A stretch of DNA of 64,000 nt from Convolutriloba macropyga (GCF_964194025.1 NC_134478.1:6820001-6884000), one strand, 5' to 3'. Numbered from the stretch's first letter, positions 51,750 through 63,620 are shown. The notes: generated by a model not told the origin, from the sequence alone. A program made the numbers and translations.

Positions 51750-53297
51750 TTAACCGACTAACGTCTAGCGAATTGCTCAAACGAACGGCCAGCAGTTGAC
51801 TTCAACAGTAGCTCGCCACGTTTTAGAGAGGCTTTCAGTTTTTTAGCAAAAAATTTGCAAAATAATACAGAAATTATAAGAAAAGCTTCGAGATTTCGCA
51901 GTGAAAAGGTTCAAAACTATTTTTTGTCTCTGGAGTTATGTCAGGCAACCCATCTTCAAGACTGGCCAGTAATGATCGTTAAACTCAGAAAAGGACAAAA
52001 TTATTCAAAAATTTTGAAAACAATCGCAAATTTTAACAAGATCTTGCTAAAATTCATGTTATCAAAATCTTCAAAACCATTTTATATTCTCAAGAGACCA
52101 TACAGTATCCCTATTTCAAGCTCTGAATAGTTTCATTGGCTCATGATCTATAAACTTGGAACATTCCGAAAACTTGAAAAAAAATATATATTTTATCAAA
52201 AAATTGCAAAAGCTGGAGTCATTAAAATACTGCTAACCATTCCATTAAATCTAGAAACTATGCGACCGCTTATCATCAAGCCTTGAAGGAGGTCCTTAGG
52301 ACCCTGGTACCGGAAAAAAAATAAAAAACGTGAAAAAATTCCAAACGTTTTTTAAAATTGCTGATATTAAAAACCTGAAAAACATTTCATTACATCTAGA
52401 AGCTATGCATTTGCCTATAATGAAAACCTAGAGAAGGTTATGTGGCTTTGAGGCTGGAGAAACTTGAAAAGTGACAATTTAAGAAATCTAGAAAACTTCA
52501 AGTTGCATTAAGAAACTGCTAAAACTTGTGATAATGAAAGTTGAAAACTAATCCATGGCCGAAAGCCAGTAACTTATTATAAAACCCTAACAGAGATTTT
52601 CTGTTAGGCTGAAAAACCGGAATAATGACAAAAATTGTCAGAAAAATTGAAATAAAAGCAAGTTTTATTACCAAAAAATCGCTAAAATTTATATTAAAAA
52701 ATTGAAAGCTATTCCATGGCAAAAAATTTTTTCATAACTTATTATCAAAGGACGTTTTCTGGCCCATGCGTCTGGAAAAACGTGAATAATGAAAAATAAA
52801 TGTCAAAAAACGCTTATATTCGTGATGTTGAAACCATTCCACTACCACTAGAAACTATGCAGTAATCTATTATAAAACCCTACAGGAAGTTCCTTGACAG
52901 CAAGGGCTGAAAGAACTCGAAAAATAACGAAAATTTTCAAAAAGCTCGAAAAGGATAGTGACAATTAGTATAGAATTACGTGTTTTTAGCATCCACGGGG
53001 ATGTATCCACGGGGAGGTGGGCGGGGTGGACAACAGTGGGGTGGGGGGCAATAGCGCGGTGGGGGGGGGTCTTCAAACTCTAAGAACCGCCCATCGCACC
53101 ATAAGTATAAGTCTCCAAAACCGTTTGAGCTGAAACGCTCTAAGAGCATTTAATGCCAGCCGGGTGCTACCTGTTTATCCCGTTTTGAGGACGAAAAGTC
53201 AAAAGCGTCAGACGAAAAATCGGTCAAGCGAAAAATCGCATTAAAAAAGACCAACAGGACTAATATAATTGCTGCAAACTTCGTTTGACAGCAATTT
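51750..53297 (-). mobile_element. Long H2-family element
   Basis: AACCGACTAACGTC..AATTGCTCAAACGAA at left; AATTGCTGCAAACTTCGTTTGACAGCAATT at right. Confidence 0.55.
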
Positions 53298-53635
53298 AAA
53301 ACTGTTAAAATAGTTGAACGATTTCAAACATATATATATATATATATATTTTCAAAAAAAATTTCAAACTTTTTAAAATGGAACTTATGAAAATTTCTGT
53401 ATTTCGAATACTTTAGATTAAAATGTTCTTCCGGTAAGAAAATCCTTAAGAAAACCACTACTCCTCTTCGAGTCGTAAAAAAGACCGATTGAAAAGGCGT
53501 AATAACCGAGGCGTAATCACCAACACGTTTACCATAATTGCTTCAAATTTCGTTCGATCAAATTACTAAAATTCAATTTGAGGTGAAACTTTCCTGATCA
53601 TTAATACAAAACTAAAATGCGTAGCTACAACTTAC

Positions 53636-53868
53636 GGAGCATAGACCGTGTGGATTAAGGCACGATTCGTATCTCTCTTGCTCCAGAGGGTTCATGTCAA
53701 ACGTGAAAACTTTTATTAACGACTCCAACACTACCACAATTCGGTCTTTTCTCAGCTTCACATTCTTTACTTGGCTGGAAAAGTCCATCTCAAATAACTC
53801 CGACTGAGTTGCTCCATTCCAGATAATCACTTTGTTTACTGGATATCGAGCGGGAACTCCGCCACCCA
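53636..53868 (-). CDS. WDR45B: WIPI3-like, exon 2
   Basis: VGGGVPARYPVNKVIIW..VKNVKLRKDRIVVVL..IKVFTF..NPHGLC; TTACAG acceptor and GTAAGT donor. Confidence 0.88.
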
Positions 53869-54377
53869 CTGTAAAAACATTAAATCTGCTTGCTAATCAC
53901 TTCAATATGATGGGTCTTTTAACGTCTTTGCCCCAAGCTTAGTGGGTGCAATTTTTTGCAAACACAGAACAAGAGCTATATCAACACGATTGCTCGCAAT
54001 GACAGATATTTAATAATCGGGGCGATTTACCGATGACAAATGGAAGAGTTACTAAAGTAAACCAAAGCGCCCTTCCAAAACATGACTGAATAAAACTAGA
54101 GCTCTCGGTTTTTCAGCAGGACGACGTTTCAAATGGACATTTAAAACTAGTATATGATAAACCTCAATATGCGGTCATAATTATGTCCTAGTTGACGACG
54201 CGATGTGCGAACCTTGACCCGTTGTTCTGGGATTTTATCTCACAGCGCGTCAGGGCACGACATCGGAACGTGGACTGCAATTTTTGTTTACATTTCGCTA
54301 TTTCTAGTCAATATCGATGCTTATGGATGGCATAGTCAAAATAGCAATATTTAGGGAGGGAGGGTTAACTATGGGGT

Positions 54378-55683
54378 ACTACACCCTCCATGGACGGGGT
54401 TCTGGAGAAAGTGGAGGAGCAGCTTGGCCGAGTCATACCAAACATCGTCGGCAAAGAAATAATCCAAGAGGAAAGACAACTTTTTTCTCTCCCTCTCAGA
54501 ATGGGTGGGCTTAACATCGCCCTCCCACAAGATCTTCATAAAATACTTGAGCAATCAATTGAACTCTCAAGTCCATTGGCGTCATTCAAAAATGATTCAT
54601 TCGAAATTCAACAATGTGAATTAGAACAAACCAAGATCAGTCTCAGATAGAAAGCAGACATGCAACGTGAACTCATCTCGAAAAAATCCAGAATCGAAAA
54701 CAATCTACCAAAAATGAAGTATACCATCCAGCTGGCCTCAGAGAAAAGAGCATTCAGCTGGCTTAACGCGCTTCCGTTATCAAAATATGGTTTTGACCTC
54801 ACGAAGACTGAGTTCCGTGATGGAATAGCACTTCGATACACCTGGGAAGCGAACACGCCAGCCATATGCCCATGCAGTAAAGAATTTAGCCTCACCCATG
54901 CCCTACATTGCGCCAAAGGCGGGTATACGCATCTATAACACAACGAAATCAGAGACGTGTTTGCAAACCTGATTGATGACGTTTGCCACGATGTCTAGAT
55001 AGAGCCAAAATTTCAGTCGCTCGATGGAGAAATTTTCTCGAGTAATTCCACCACTACTGATGATTGCGCTCGCCTGGACATCAAGGCAAACGGTCTGTGG
55101 GATCTCGCTTTAATCGCCCTTGCTTCGATGTGAAGATTTTCAACCCTCACGCGAAGAGCTGCCATAAGACCATTAAAGATGCACACATATCACAAGAGCA
55201 TCAAGCGAAATAAGTACGAAGAGCGAATCCGCGAAACCCAACACAGCAGCTTCAAAGCACTGGTTTTTGCTTGCTCGGGCGGTACTGGGCCATCAGCATC
55301 GCGCGTTATGAAATAACTCGCAACCAAGATCAGCGAAAAACGCGGAGAGCCGTACGCCGACACTATAAGCTACATCCGAACGTTACGTATAAGCTACATC
55401 AGGTTCGCACTTCTGAGGAGCTAGGTTCTGTGCTTGAGGGGATGTCGCGCCCTCAAGCCTCGTGTTCTCAGTGAGACTTCGATTAGCGCCGTCGTGTAGG
55501 TGTTTTCCTCTCAACTTGCTAGTTATTTTTGTGACTGGGCCGTCTTTACAGTGTCTGGAGGGGAACAGTTTGGAGTGCAGCATCCGGCTAAGTGCTACTC
55601 ATCATCCCTTATTTTCCGACCTACATCCATCGTTGCCGGATGGTGTACACGGTCCTTTTTTTATTGTTAGAAGATATGAAGAA
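54378..55683 (+). mobile_element. 5'-truncated CRE-clade (RLE-type) non-LTR retrotransposon, copy 1
   Basis: LPLRMGGLNI, SWLNALP..FRDGIALRY, CPCS..HALHC zinc knuckle, HNEIRD, RLDIKANGLW; flanked by the 14-bp duplication GTTAACTATGGGGT. Confidence 0.8.
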
Positions 55684-55699
55684 GTTAACTATGGGGTGC

Positions 55700-58600
55700 G
55701 GGCTTTTCACGGTTGCGGGCTTAACACGGTTGAGGGCTTTTCACGGTTGCGGCGTCTACGTCCCGAAAGCACCCCAACTCAGATGGGCCAACGGCAACCA
55801 ACCTCTCTCCGAAAGGGGAGGCCAAAGCTTCGGGATGGGGTGTTTTTGACTCCGAGGGGTGCTGGACCGGCCACCACTCCTCGTAAACAAGTCAGAATCA
55901 TCGTCCGGATGCTGTTGATCAAGGGTGGGATCGAACGCAACCCAGGTCCCCAAAGGCCGTGCACGATCTGTACGAAGGAAGCCCTGCACTCCTGCATCCA
56001 ATGTGTAGTGTGCGAGAGATGGACACATTTCACCTGCGCCAAGCTGGATGGAAATAGACTGCCGTACACATGGAGCTGCAGGAGTTGTACAGAAAAGGAA
56101 AACTGTGACACGAACCTTCGGATTACGCAATTCAATTTCAATGGGCTACGGAACAAGATCGAAGAATGCGTCCTGTACATGGAAAAAGTGGGATGAAGAT
56201 AGGGCTTTCTAGGAGACCTTTCTTAAGCCTAACAGCAATCTGAAAGTCCCAAACTATTCAATCATCCGCAAAGACAGGTCAAAGGACAAAGGCGGAGGGA
56301 TTGCAATCATCATCCACAACTCCATCACATACAGCAATGTGTTGGTATAGTGCGATGACGAATTCACTGAGGCACAAGGCATCAAATTCAAGTTTGGCAA
56401 CGAGATTACATTGTTCAACATCGACATCCCGCCTGCATCCAGCTGTGCAAAGGCGTTCCAACCCAATCTGGAGCCTTTCATGGTAGAAGATTCTATCATT
56501 TGCGGTGATCTGAATGGCCACAGCAAGCAATGGCACTCAGCCATAGGGGAAGACCAAAGAGGCGCCATACTCACCCAGCAAATCGATGCGGCTAGCATGG
56601 TCGTCTTGAACGAGAACGCACCCACGAGAGTTCCGTCACAAGGAAGATGCAGCTCACCGCACGTCACCAACGCTCACCCCAACCTTGCCATGAGCACAGA
56701 ATGGTCAGTGGACACTGCTCTTAGCTCAGACCATAATCCCATCGTCAGAGTGTTGCTTGAATCGAAGAGGAGCACAACGGAGAGGCGAACCTGTTAATGT
56801 TAATTTCCTCAAAGCGGACTGGCTGGCCCTCAAGGATTTTGTTGAAGATCGCATCCCTATCCTCCCGGTTGGCGATGTGCCAACTAGCCCTCAGGAAACT
56901 GCTACAAGCGGCAGCCAGAAAGCACATCCCAAAGGAAGGATTCCGTCTATTCTCCCTGGCTTCCCCACTGAAGCCGAGAAACTGACGAGGCAAAGAGACG
57001 ATCTCAGGAGAACCAACCCCTCGAACCCCAGAGTTACCGAGCTGAATCAAGAAATCCAGAAGAAGGTCCAGAAACACCGACAGGATAAATGGATTCAACA
57101 CCTCGAGGAATGCGACCTGCGGAAAGGCTGCAAAAAGCTCTGGCAAACCATCAAAGGTTTGAGCGGCAAAGCAGTCAATATCAGAAATGTGGCAATTAAG
57201 TTAAGTTGATCGAACCATATATGGAGCAACTGAATGTGCCAACAAGTTCAGCCAGATGTATTTCCCCACGTGCAAGGATCCAAAAGAGAAGTGACATCGG
57301 GCCCTCATGCGGAAGATGAAGAATGCCCACTCAGAAGAGGATCTCCTGGTCCCGCAAGAAGTGGAGGCAGCGATTAAGAAAACCAGAAGCTCTAAAGCTC
57401 TGGGCCCCGACAAGCCTGCACCATTGATGCTCAAGAAGCTTGGAACGAACGCAACGGCATATATCACAGATGTTTAATAGGAGCATCAAGCACTCGGTGA
57501 TACCGGGCATATGGAAGTGCTCCCGCGTATTTCCCCTGCTAAAACCCGAAAAGCCAGCAGATCAGGCGAAAAGCTATCGACCCGTGTCTCTGCTCTCACC
57601 CCTCATCAAGCTGCTAGAGACTTCCATGGTGCCGTTTGTCCTCGAAAGCTTCAGCCATGCAGAACATCAACATGGCTTTCGCAGGGGCCAATTCAACACC
57701 ACCACTGCTCTTTGCGAGATAGATGATCACATAAGAACAGGCCTCAACAGAAGGAAACCCGCCCACAGAACCATTATGGTGGCGTCGACCTTCGCGCCGC
57801 TTCCGATACGGTTAATATTAACAAGCTCATCGAAAGAATTGAGAACCTGAAACTGCATGTGAAAATCAAGAGATGGCTCAAGAACTACCTTCATGGAAGG
57901 CAAGCAAAAGTCGAGTTCCGGAACAGCGTGTCAAAAGAAAGGACAATCAGCAGCGGCGTGCCTCAAGGAGGTGTTCTATTTCCTTGCTTATTCAACATCT
58001 ATATGGCAACTGCTCCGACCCCTCCAGAAGACGTGAAGCTGGTAAGCTATGCCGACGATTGCACAGTTCTTTCCTCAGGACCAGTTATCTCCGAAATAGA
58101 GACGAAGACCAACAGTTATCTTGCAGTGCTCCTAAAATGGTTCGAGGAAAACAGCTTTGAACTTTCTCCTGGCAAATCATCGGCGACATTATTCACCACT
58201 TTCAGCAACGAATCAAGTAGAACGCTCAAAAAATATAGGTGGAAGGCAACAGGATACCAACAGAACAACACTCAAAAGTATTAGAAGTCACCTTTGACCC
58301 GATGTACCGATTTGGTGCCCATGCGAAAACCGTAGTGGATAGAGTAGCGAAGAGAAACAACGTCCTCTGTGCCCTAGCCGGGAGCTCAAGGGGGAAGGAT
58401 AAAGAGTTGCTACTCACTACGTACAAAGCTACAGGGAGAGCCATCATCAACTACGCGGCTCCCGTTTGGTCCCCTGGTCTGGCCGATTCGCACTGGTAGA
58501 AAATCCAGAGACGCCAGAACTCTGCCCTGAGAAGCGCCACTGGCTGCACGCGGATGACAATGGAAGACGATCCTCAGAACGAGTTGAAGATTGCCATGTA

Positions 58601-59212
58601 GATTGCCAGGGGTCGGAGCAGTTGCCATGTAGATGTTGCCGTGCGAGACCACTGCCAGCTTCTATCAGCACAACATCTCTTGGCTTCACAGTCGACACAC
58701 CATCCAAACCATGGAATCAAGGACTCAGTCAGCGAAAGAGACATGCGGAAGACCCTGACAGAAGAATTCGGTAGCGATGTTGAAAGTGCCACGGAAAGAA
58801 GCCACCCAAAATGGCTGACGCGAGGCAACATCATACTTCACAGCAAGTTCGTCAGGAAATCCATCTCAAAAATGTGCAACAACAAGGTTCTGAATGTCCC
58901 GTCACCCCTCATTTCCGAGTCGGAGAAGAAGCTTCCCAGGAGTACGAGAGTCAAGCTCGCCCAACTACGAAGTGGCTATAGCAAGTTACTGAATTCGTAC
59001 ATGTCAAGAATCGACCCCGAAGTGCGTGACGTCTGCCCAGATTGCCAAGAGAGCCCACATGACATGAAAAATCTATTCGAGCGCAAGAAGAAACCCACCC
59101 ACCTCACGATCCACAACTTATGGTTGATGCCTGTCGAGGTCGCGTCCTTCCTCGGGCTTTAAAGGCATACCTACTGACGCCGAAGTAGACCCCGGACGGC
59201 TACAACAACAAC
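55700..59212 (+). mobile_element. Full-length decayed APE-RT non-LTR retrotransposon (2A-like peptide, PHD finger, AP endonuclease, RT, C-terminal Cys motif; (CAA)n tail)
   Basis: 21-bp TSD AAGAAGTTAACTATGGGGTGC (55679-55699 and 59213-59233); IERNPGP; C4HC3-type PHD; QFNFNG, QET, GDLNGH, SDH; YRPVSLL, QHGFR, PQGGVL, YADD; LAQLRSG..CPDC; several frameshifts and stops. Confidence 0.92.
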
Positions 59213-59926
59213 AAGAAGTTAACTATGGGGTGCATTGACGTCTAATTGAAACGAAATTTCGTGTCATGAATTTGTCGTTCAGTTAATCCCCCCCCCCCCC
59301 ACTAAAGTTGATTCCATTCCAGCACTTTAGGGGTCGGTCCGATCTGCGATTTCAATTACCCAACATCTCCAAATGATTTTGAGCGTTGCAAACACTAAAA
59401 ACTGCTATGCAAGGCCGCCTTTCACCCCGACTAAATCGCTTTCATTACTCAAACCCACTATTAAAGCTATCCGCTTGCAAATCGATTGGAACAGAAACCA
59501 TATATTTTGCGGAAACAAAAACAAAACATGGTGACAGATCGATTTAGTGGAAGCTTCCAAAAAGTAAACAAACTACCATAACGAAGAAGATCAACGAGTT
59601 CGAGAGAAAATATAAAGATTGATTAACCGAACTTCTCAGAAAGCAGCATGAAAATATTTCATTAAAGAAAGTTGGAACCATTTATGTCAGACTTTTACGT
59701 AGAAAATAGCAATTATGCTCATATCTATGCTAATTATTTGAATCATATACATTGACAAGTAAATGTTTAACCTTCGGTTATAGTCGTGAAAGTTACATAA
59801 TTGCATTCGAGAAAAAAATCTGATTCACTATTATACTGACGATGAACTCTACTTGAAATGGTTAACTAAAATGCGTATCTTCCCGTGTATTTTACAGTAG
59901 ATTGAACTGTAACAGCAGAGACTAAC

Positions 59927-60113
59927 CGAGAGCTAAGTGACTGCACCGGAAAAGCATTTCAGCACAACCAATGCCACCGTCTTTCCATGTGATTCTCTGC
60001 TTCTCCCTCAAAGGATCAGTATTATATATAATAAAGCCGGATGATGTCCCGCAAACAAAACACCCGCCATCCTGGTTGAATCTCATTGATAATATTGAAC
60101 ATATTTCAGTCAT
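59927..60113 (-). CDS. WDR45B: WIPI3-like, exon 1
   Basis: FNQDGGCFVCG..GFIIYNTDPLREK..GGIGCAEMLFRCSHLAL; phase-1 GTTAGT donor fits exon 2. Confidence 0.88.
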
Positions 60114-60499
60114 TTCTGAAATAGGTTCATAGCAAACTCTTGAATTTATAAGGATGGAATCAATTATTTTTAAGACATTTTTAAACTGAGAAAGAAAATA
60201 GCCGCCGAATAACATCCCATATCATCACAATGCGCATTATGTAAAGAGGGAAAAGAGTTTTTTTGTTTTTCAAGAGACTGGAAAACAATCGCTCAGTAGG
60301 TGCAAATCACTTACTAATTAATTTATATGGGTCTTTGCCCCTTATAGCCCCCATTATGGTGTAAATACCATGATTGGGTGCTATAGGTTATATTAGCACT
60401 AGACAGGGGGGGGGGGGGGGGGGGGCGCAATAGCTATAAATAGTCAATTAAAAGAAAGCCCCGATCTATTCTGTTTTGGCCCTCCAGCTTAGTCTTTCA

Positions 60500-62385
60500 C
60501 TTCCTCTTTATACTAAAACAACAATAAAGGACCGTGTACACCATCCGGCATCGATGGATGTAGGTCGAAAAATAGGGCATGATGAGTAGTACTTAGTAGC
60601 CGGATGCTGCACTCCAAGCTGTTCCCCTCCAGACAGTGTAAAGACGGCCCAGTCACAAAAATAAATAACAAGTGGAGAGGAAAGCACCTATATATAAATA
60701 CAGCACACATAGGGAACTAGAATGGAAGGATTAAAATAAAAATGAATACGCAAATGAATAAAGATAAGCAGCCAAACACTCAGTGCAGCCTTCCCTCCTC
60801 CACGACGGCGCTAATCGAAGTCTCGATGAGAACACGAGGCTTGAGGGCACGACATCCCCTCAAGCAGAGAACACAGCTCCTCAGAAATGCGAAGCTGATT
60901 TTCGTTCGGATGTAGCTTATAGTGTCGGCGTACGGCTCTCCGCGTTTTTCGCTGATCTTGGTTGCGAGTTATTTCATAACGCGCGATGCTGATGGACCTG
61001 CACCACCCGAACAAGCAAAAACCAGTGCATTGAAGCTGCTGTGTTCGGTTTCGCGGATTCGCTCTTCGTACTTATTTCGCTTGATGCTCTCGTGATATTT
61101 GTATGCATCTTTTATGTTCTTAGGGCAGTTCTTTGCATGAGGGTTGAAAATCTTCACATCGAAGAAAGCGATTAAAGCGGGAGCACAACAGACCGTTTGC
61201 CTTGATGTCCAGTCGAGCGTCATCAGTGGTGGTGGAATTACTCGAGAAAATTTCTCCATCGAGCGACTGAAATTTTGGCTCTATCTAGACATCGTGGCAA
61301 ACGTCATCAATCAGGTTTGCAAACACGTCTCTGATTTCGTTGTGTTATAGATGCGTATACCCGCCTTTGGCGCAATGTAGGGCATGGGTGAGGCTGAATT
61401 CTTTCCCGCATGGGCATATGGCTGGCGTGTTCTTCGCTTCCCAGGTGTAGCGAAGTGCTATTCCATCACTGAACTCAGTCTTCGTGAGGTCAAAACCATG
61501 TTTTGACAACGGAAGCGCGTTAAGCCAGCTTGATGCTCCTTTCTCCGAGGCCAGCTGGATGGTATACTTCATTTCTGGTAGATTGTTTTCGATTCTGGAT
61601 TTTTTCGAGATGAGTTCACGTTGATTGTCTGCTTTCTGTCTGAGACTGATCTTGGTTTGTTCTACTTCATATTGTTGAATATTATTGACTGCCAATGCTC
61701 TTGAGAGTTCAACTGATTGCTCAAGATTTTTGTGAAGATCTTGTGGGAGGGCGATGTTAAGCCCACCCATTCTGAGAGGGAGAGAAAAAAGTTCTCTTTC
61801 CTCTTGGATTACTTCTTTGCCGACGAAGTTCGGTATGACACGGGCAAGCCGCTCCTCCACCTTGTCCAGAACCCCGTCCATGGAAGGTGTAGTACGCGAG
61901 AGGAAGCTCAACTTCTATTGAACCCCCTTCGTCAAACATGCATAGGCATTCTGGGAGGAGGTGAGAGCAAATTGACCAAGTCTGTCTAAACTTTTCGTGT
62001 ATTTAGTTTCTGCATCTTTCAGGAAATTTTTACTGGCCTCAGACCTTCCGATAACTGATCCCAGGACTCGAGCGCCCTGCGTGATTTCCACATTTGTGCC
62101 TGCAAACGCAGTTGACGCTTGGCGCTCGCCTCCTGGCTTAATTATCAACTGACACTTCGGAGGATTGACAAGATATCCAAACTTGGGACCGAGCTCAGTG
62201 AGCTTGTCGAAGAGTGCCCTGATATCTTTTAACTTACCGACGACGCTACCATCATCAGCATACCATTTTTGTGTCAAAGAGTCATTATGAAGTCTTGTTA
62301 TTAGGGGTAGTATTGCGATTCCATACATTGCTATCGCAAGGGGATCGCCTTGTGTCGTACCTTCCTGAGACAGTATGGTCGACTT
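60500..62385 (-). mobile_element. 5'-truncated CRE-clade non-LTR retrotransposon, copy 2 (includes RT core)
   Basis: EGTTQGDPLA..WYADD, zinc knuckle CPCG..HALHC, FFDVKIFNP..KRNKY; closely similar to copy 1 in inverted orientation. Confidence 0.85.
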
Positions 62386-62668
62386 ACCGATGTGCTTACA
62401 TCTTTTAATGCCCCCCAAGTGGGCTTACATCTTTTATGACCCCCAGGGTAGTCGGTCAACTTGGGAGCGTCAAGTCAACTCCTATATCTAACTATCTTCA
62501 AATCCTGACAGTAATCAAAACCAAAAATCATCAAAAGAGAAGACGAGAGTGACATGAGTAAAGGTGTGAGAGACTTGCACTGTCAATGGACTCTTGACAA
62601 TGCCTCAATCAACCTCCGGGAAACTAACGGTCTTATTACCACTATTGCCGTTAGTTAACAGGACAGCT

Positions 62669-63416
62669 TGTGCGAGCCTGCGTAGTATTTAATCAACCAC
62701 TAAGAACGTTCAAATTCAAATTTACTACTATCTTCAGTTAACGCCCGACACTATGCATAAAGGAAATGCTTAGCCGTTATTTTCACAATTAACCAAAGAA
62801 CTCAAGATAAATCAAGAGAAAATTAAAGAGATTTCATTCCACAAAATACTTTAGTAGTAGTAGTAGTAGTAGTAGTTGAGACTTCTGGATTATGCCCAAG
62901 TAGTGTAGTCGAGACTTTAGGGCACAGCCAAGGGTTTTCACCCTTCAGTTCATCAGTTCGTTGCCTTGAAATAAAAATATACAGTTTCTGAGTTTTGAAT
63001 GAGGATTGCAGCTACCACAGCTGCAAAGAATCCTCCAGCTGCATGTATTTAACTCGTTATACTGTTCGAGGAAGAAGTTTCGGTACAAATAACTCAGTTT
63101 TGGCTTGTTTAAATCCTCCAAAGATTTCAATTTTCTCGAGAGGATGTAGACTAACTTGGCAGTTCGATGGAAGAAATTTTCACTACACTTGTTTCTGTTC
63201 ACTTTAGGGATTTCAAGTTCATTTCGTGCATCTTGTCTTGTTCTTTTACTCTCTTTGAGGTTCATCTCGTTAGTGGTAGTGTAGTCATACTTGTTTTTTA
63301 ACAGGTCACGCATAAACAAAACATCATGAAGTTCAATGTACATTGATAAGGGTAGTAGACCATATTTAATTAGTCGAGTTTTATAGTTTTACTTAAATAC
63401 TACGCAGGCTCGCACA
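62669..63416. mobile_element. MITE-like element with perfect 24-bp TIRs, interrupted by a CR1 fragment
   Basis: TGTGCGAGCCTGCGTAGTATTTAA (62669-62692) and its exact reverse complement (63393-63416). Confidence 0.75.
62853..63390 (-). mobile_element. 3' fragment of a CR1-group LINE with (CTA)n tail
   Basis: YKTRLIKYGLLPLSMYIELHD..NFFHR..CSWRILCSCGSC; 3' stem-loop AAGGGT-GAAA-ACCCTT; (TAG)n on the plus strand at ~62852-62875. Confidence 0.75.
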
Positions 63417-63448
63417 GTTTACTTTTATTTGAAAGAAAAACTCGTTTA

Positions 63449-63620
63449 TATTGGAGTCGGTGGCTGCTGCCTCGAAGTTTTATAATTGAATACATATCGA
63501 ATAAGCAGCAATGTTGACAACACCAGCTCAGGTGTTCTTGATATCACCAGTAGAGTTTCCCAGGGTTCCTTCCTTGGGCCGCTACTAATTTGCATTTTCA
63601 TAGATGATCTACTGGATAGC
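63449..63620 (+). mobile_element. Degenerate CR1-like RT fragment
   Basis: IGVGGC..VDNTSS..SRVSQGSFLGPLL..IFIDDL. Confidence 0.6.

Noticed and set aside
55462-55782. N-terminal half of ORF 55462..56196
   Set aside because: Chance read-through from the CRE 3' UTR across the TSD; the LINE itself starts at 55700, with ATG at 55783.
54930-61350. Stop-codon reassignment to explain shared TAA/TAG in the CRE copies
   Set aside because: Host genes end in TAG/TGA with no internal stops; the changes are explicable by C-to-T decay.
62915-62965. Hammerhead-like CTGATGA..GAAA at the CR1 3' end
   Set aside because: GAAA is the loop of a perfect AAGGGT/ACCCTT hairpin; no convincing stem III or cleavage triplet. 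It is an ordinary LINE 3' stem-loop.
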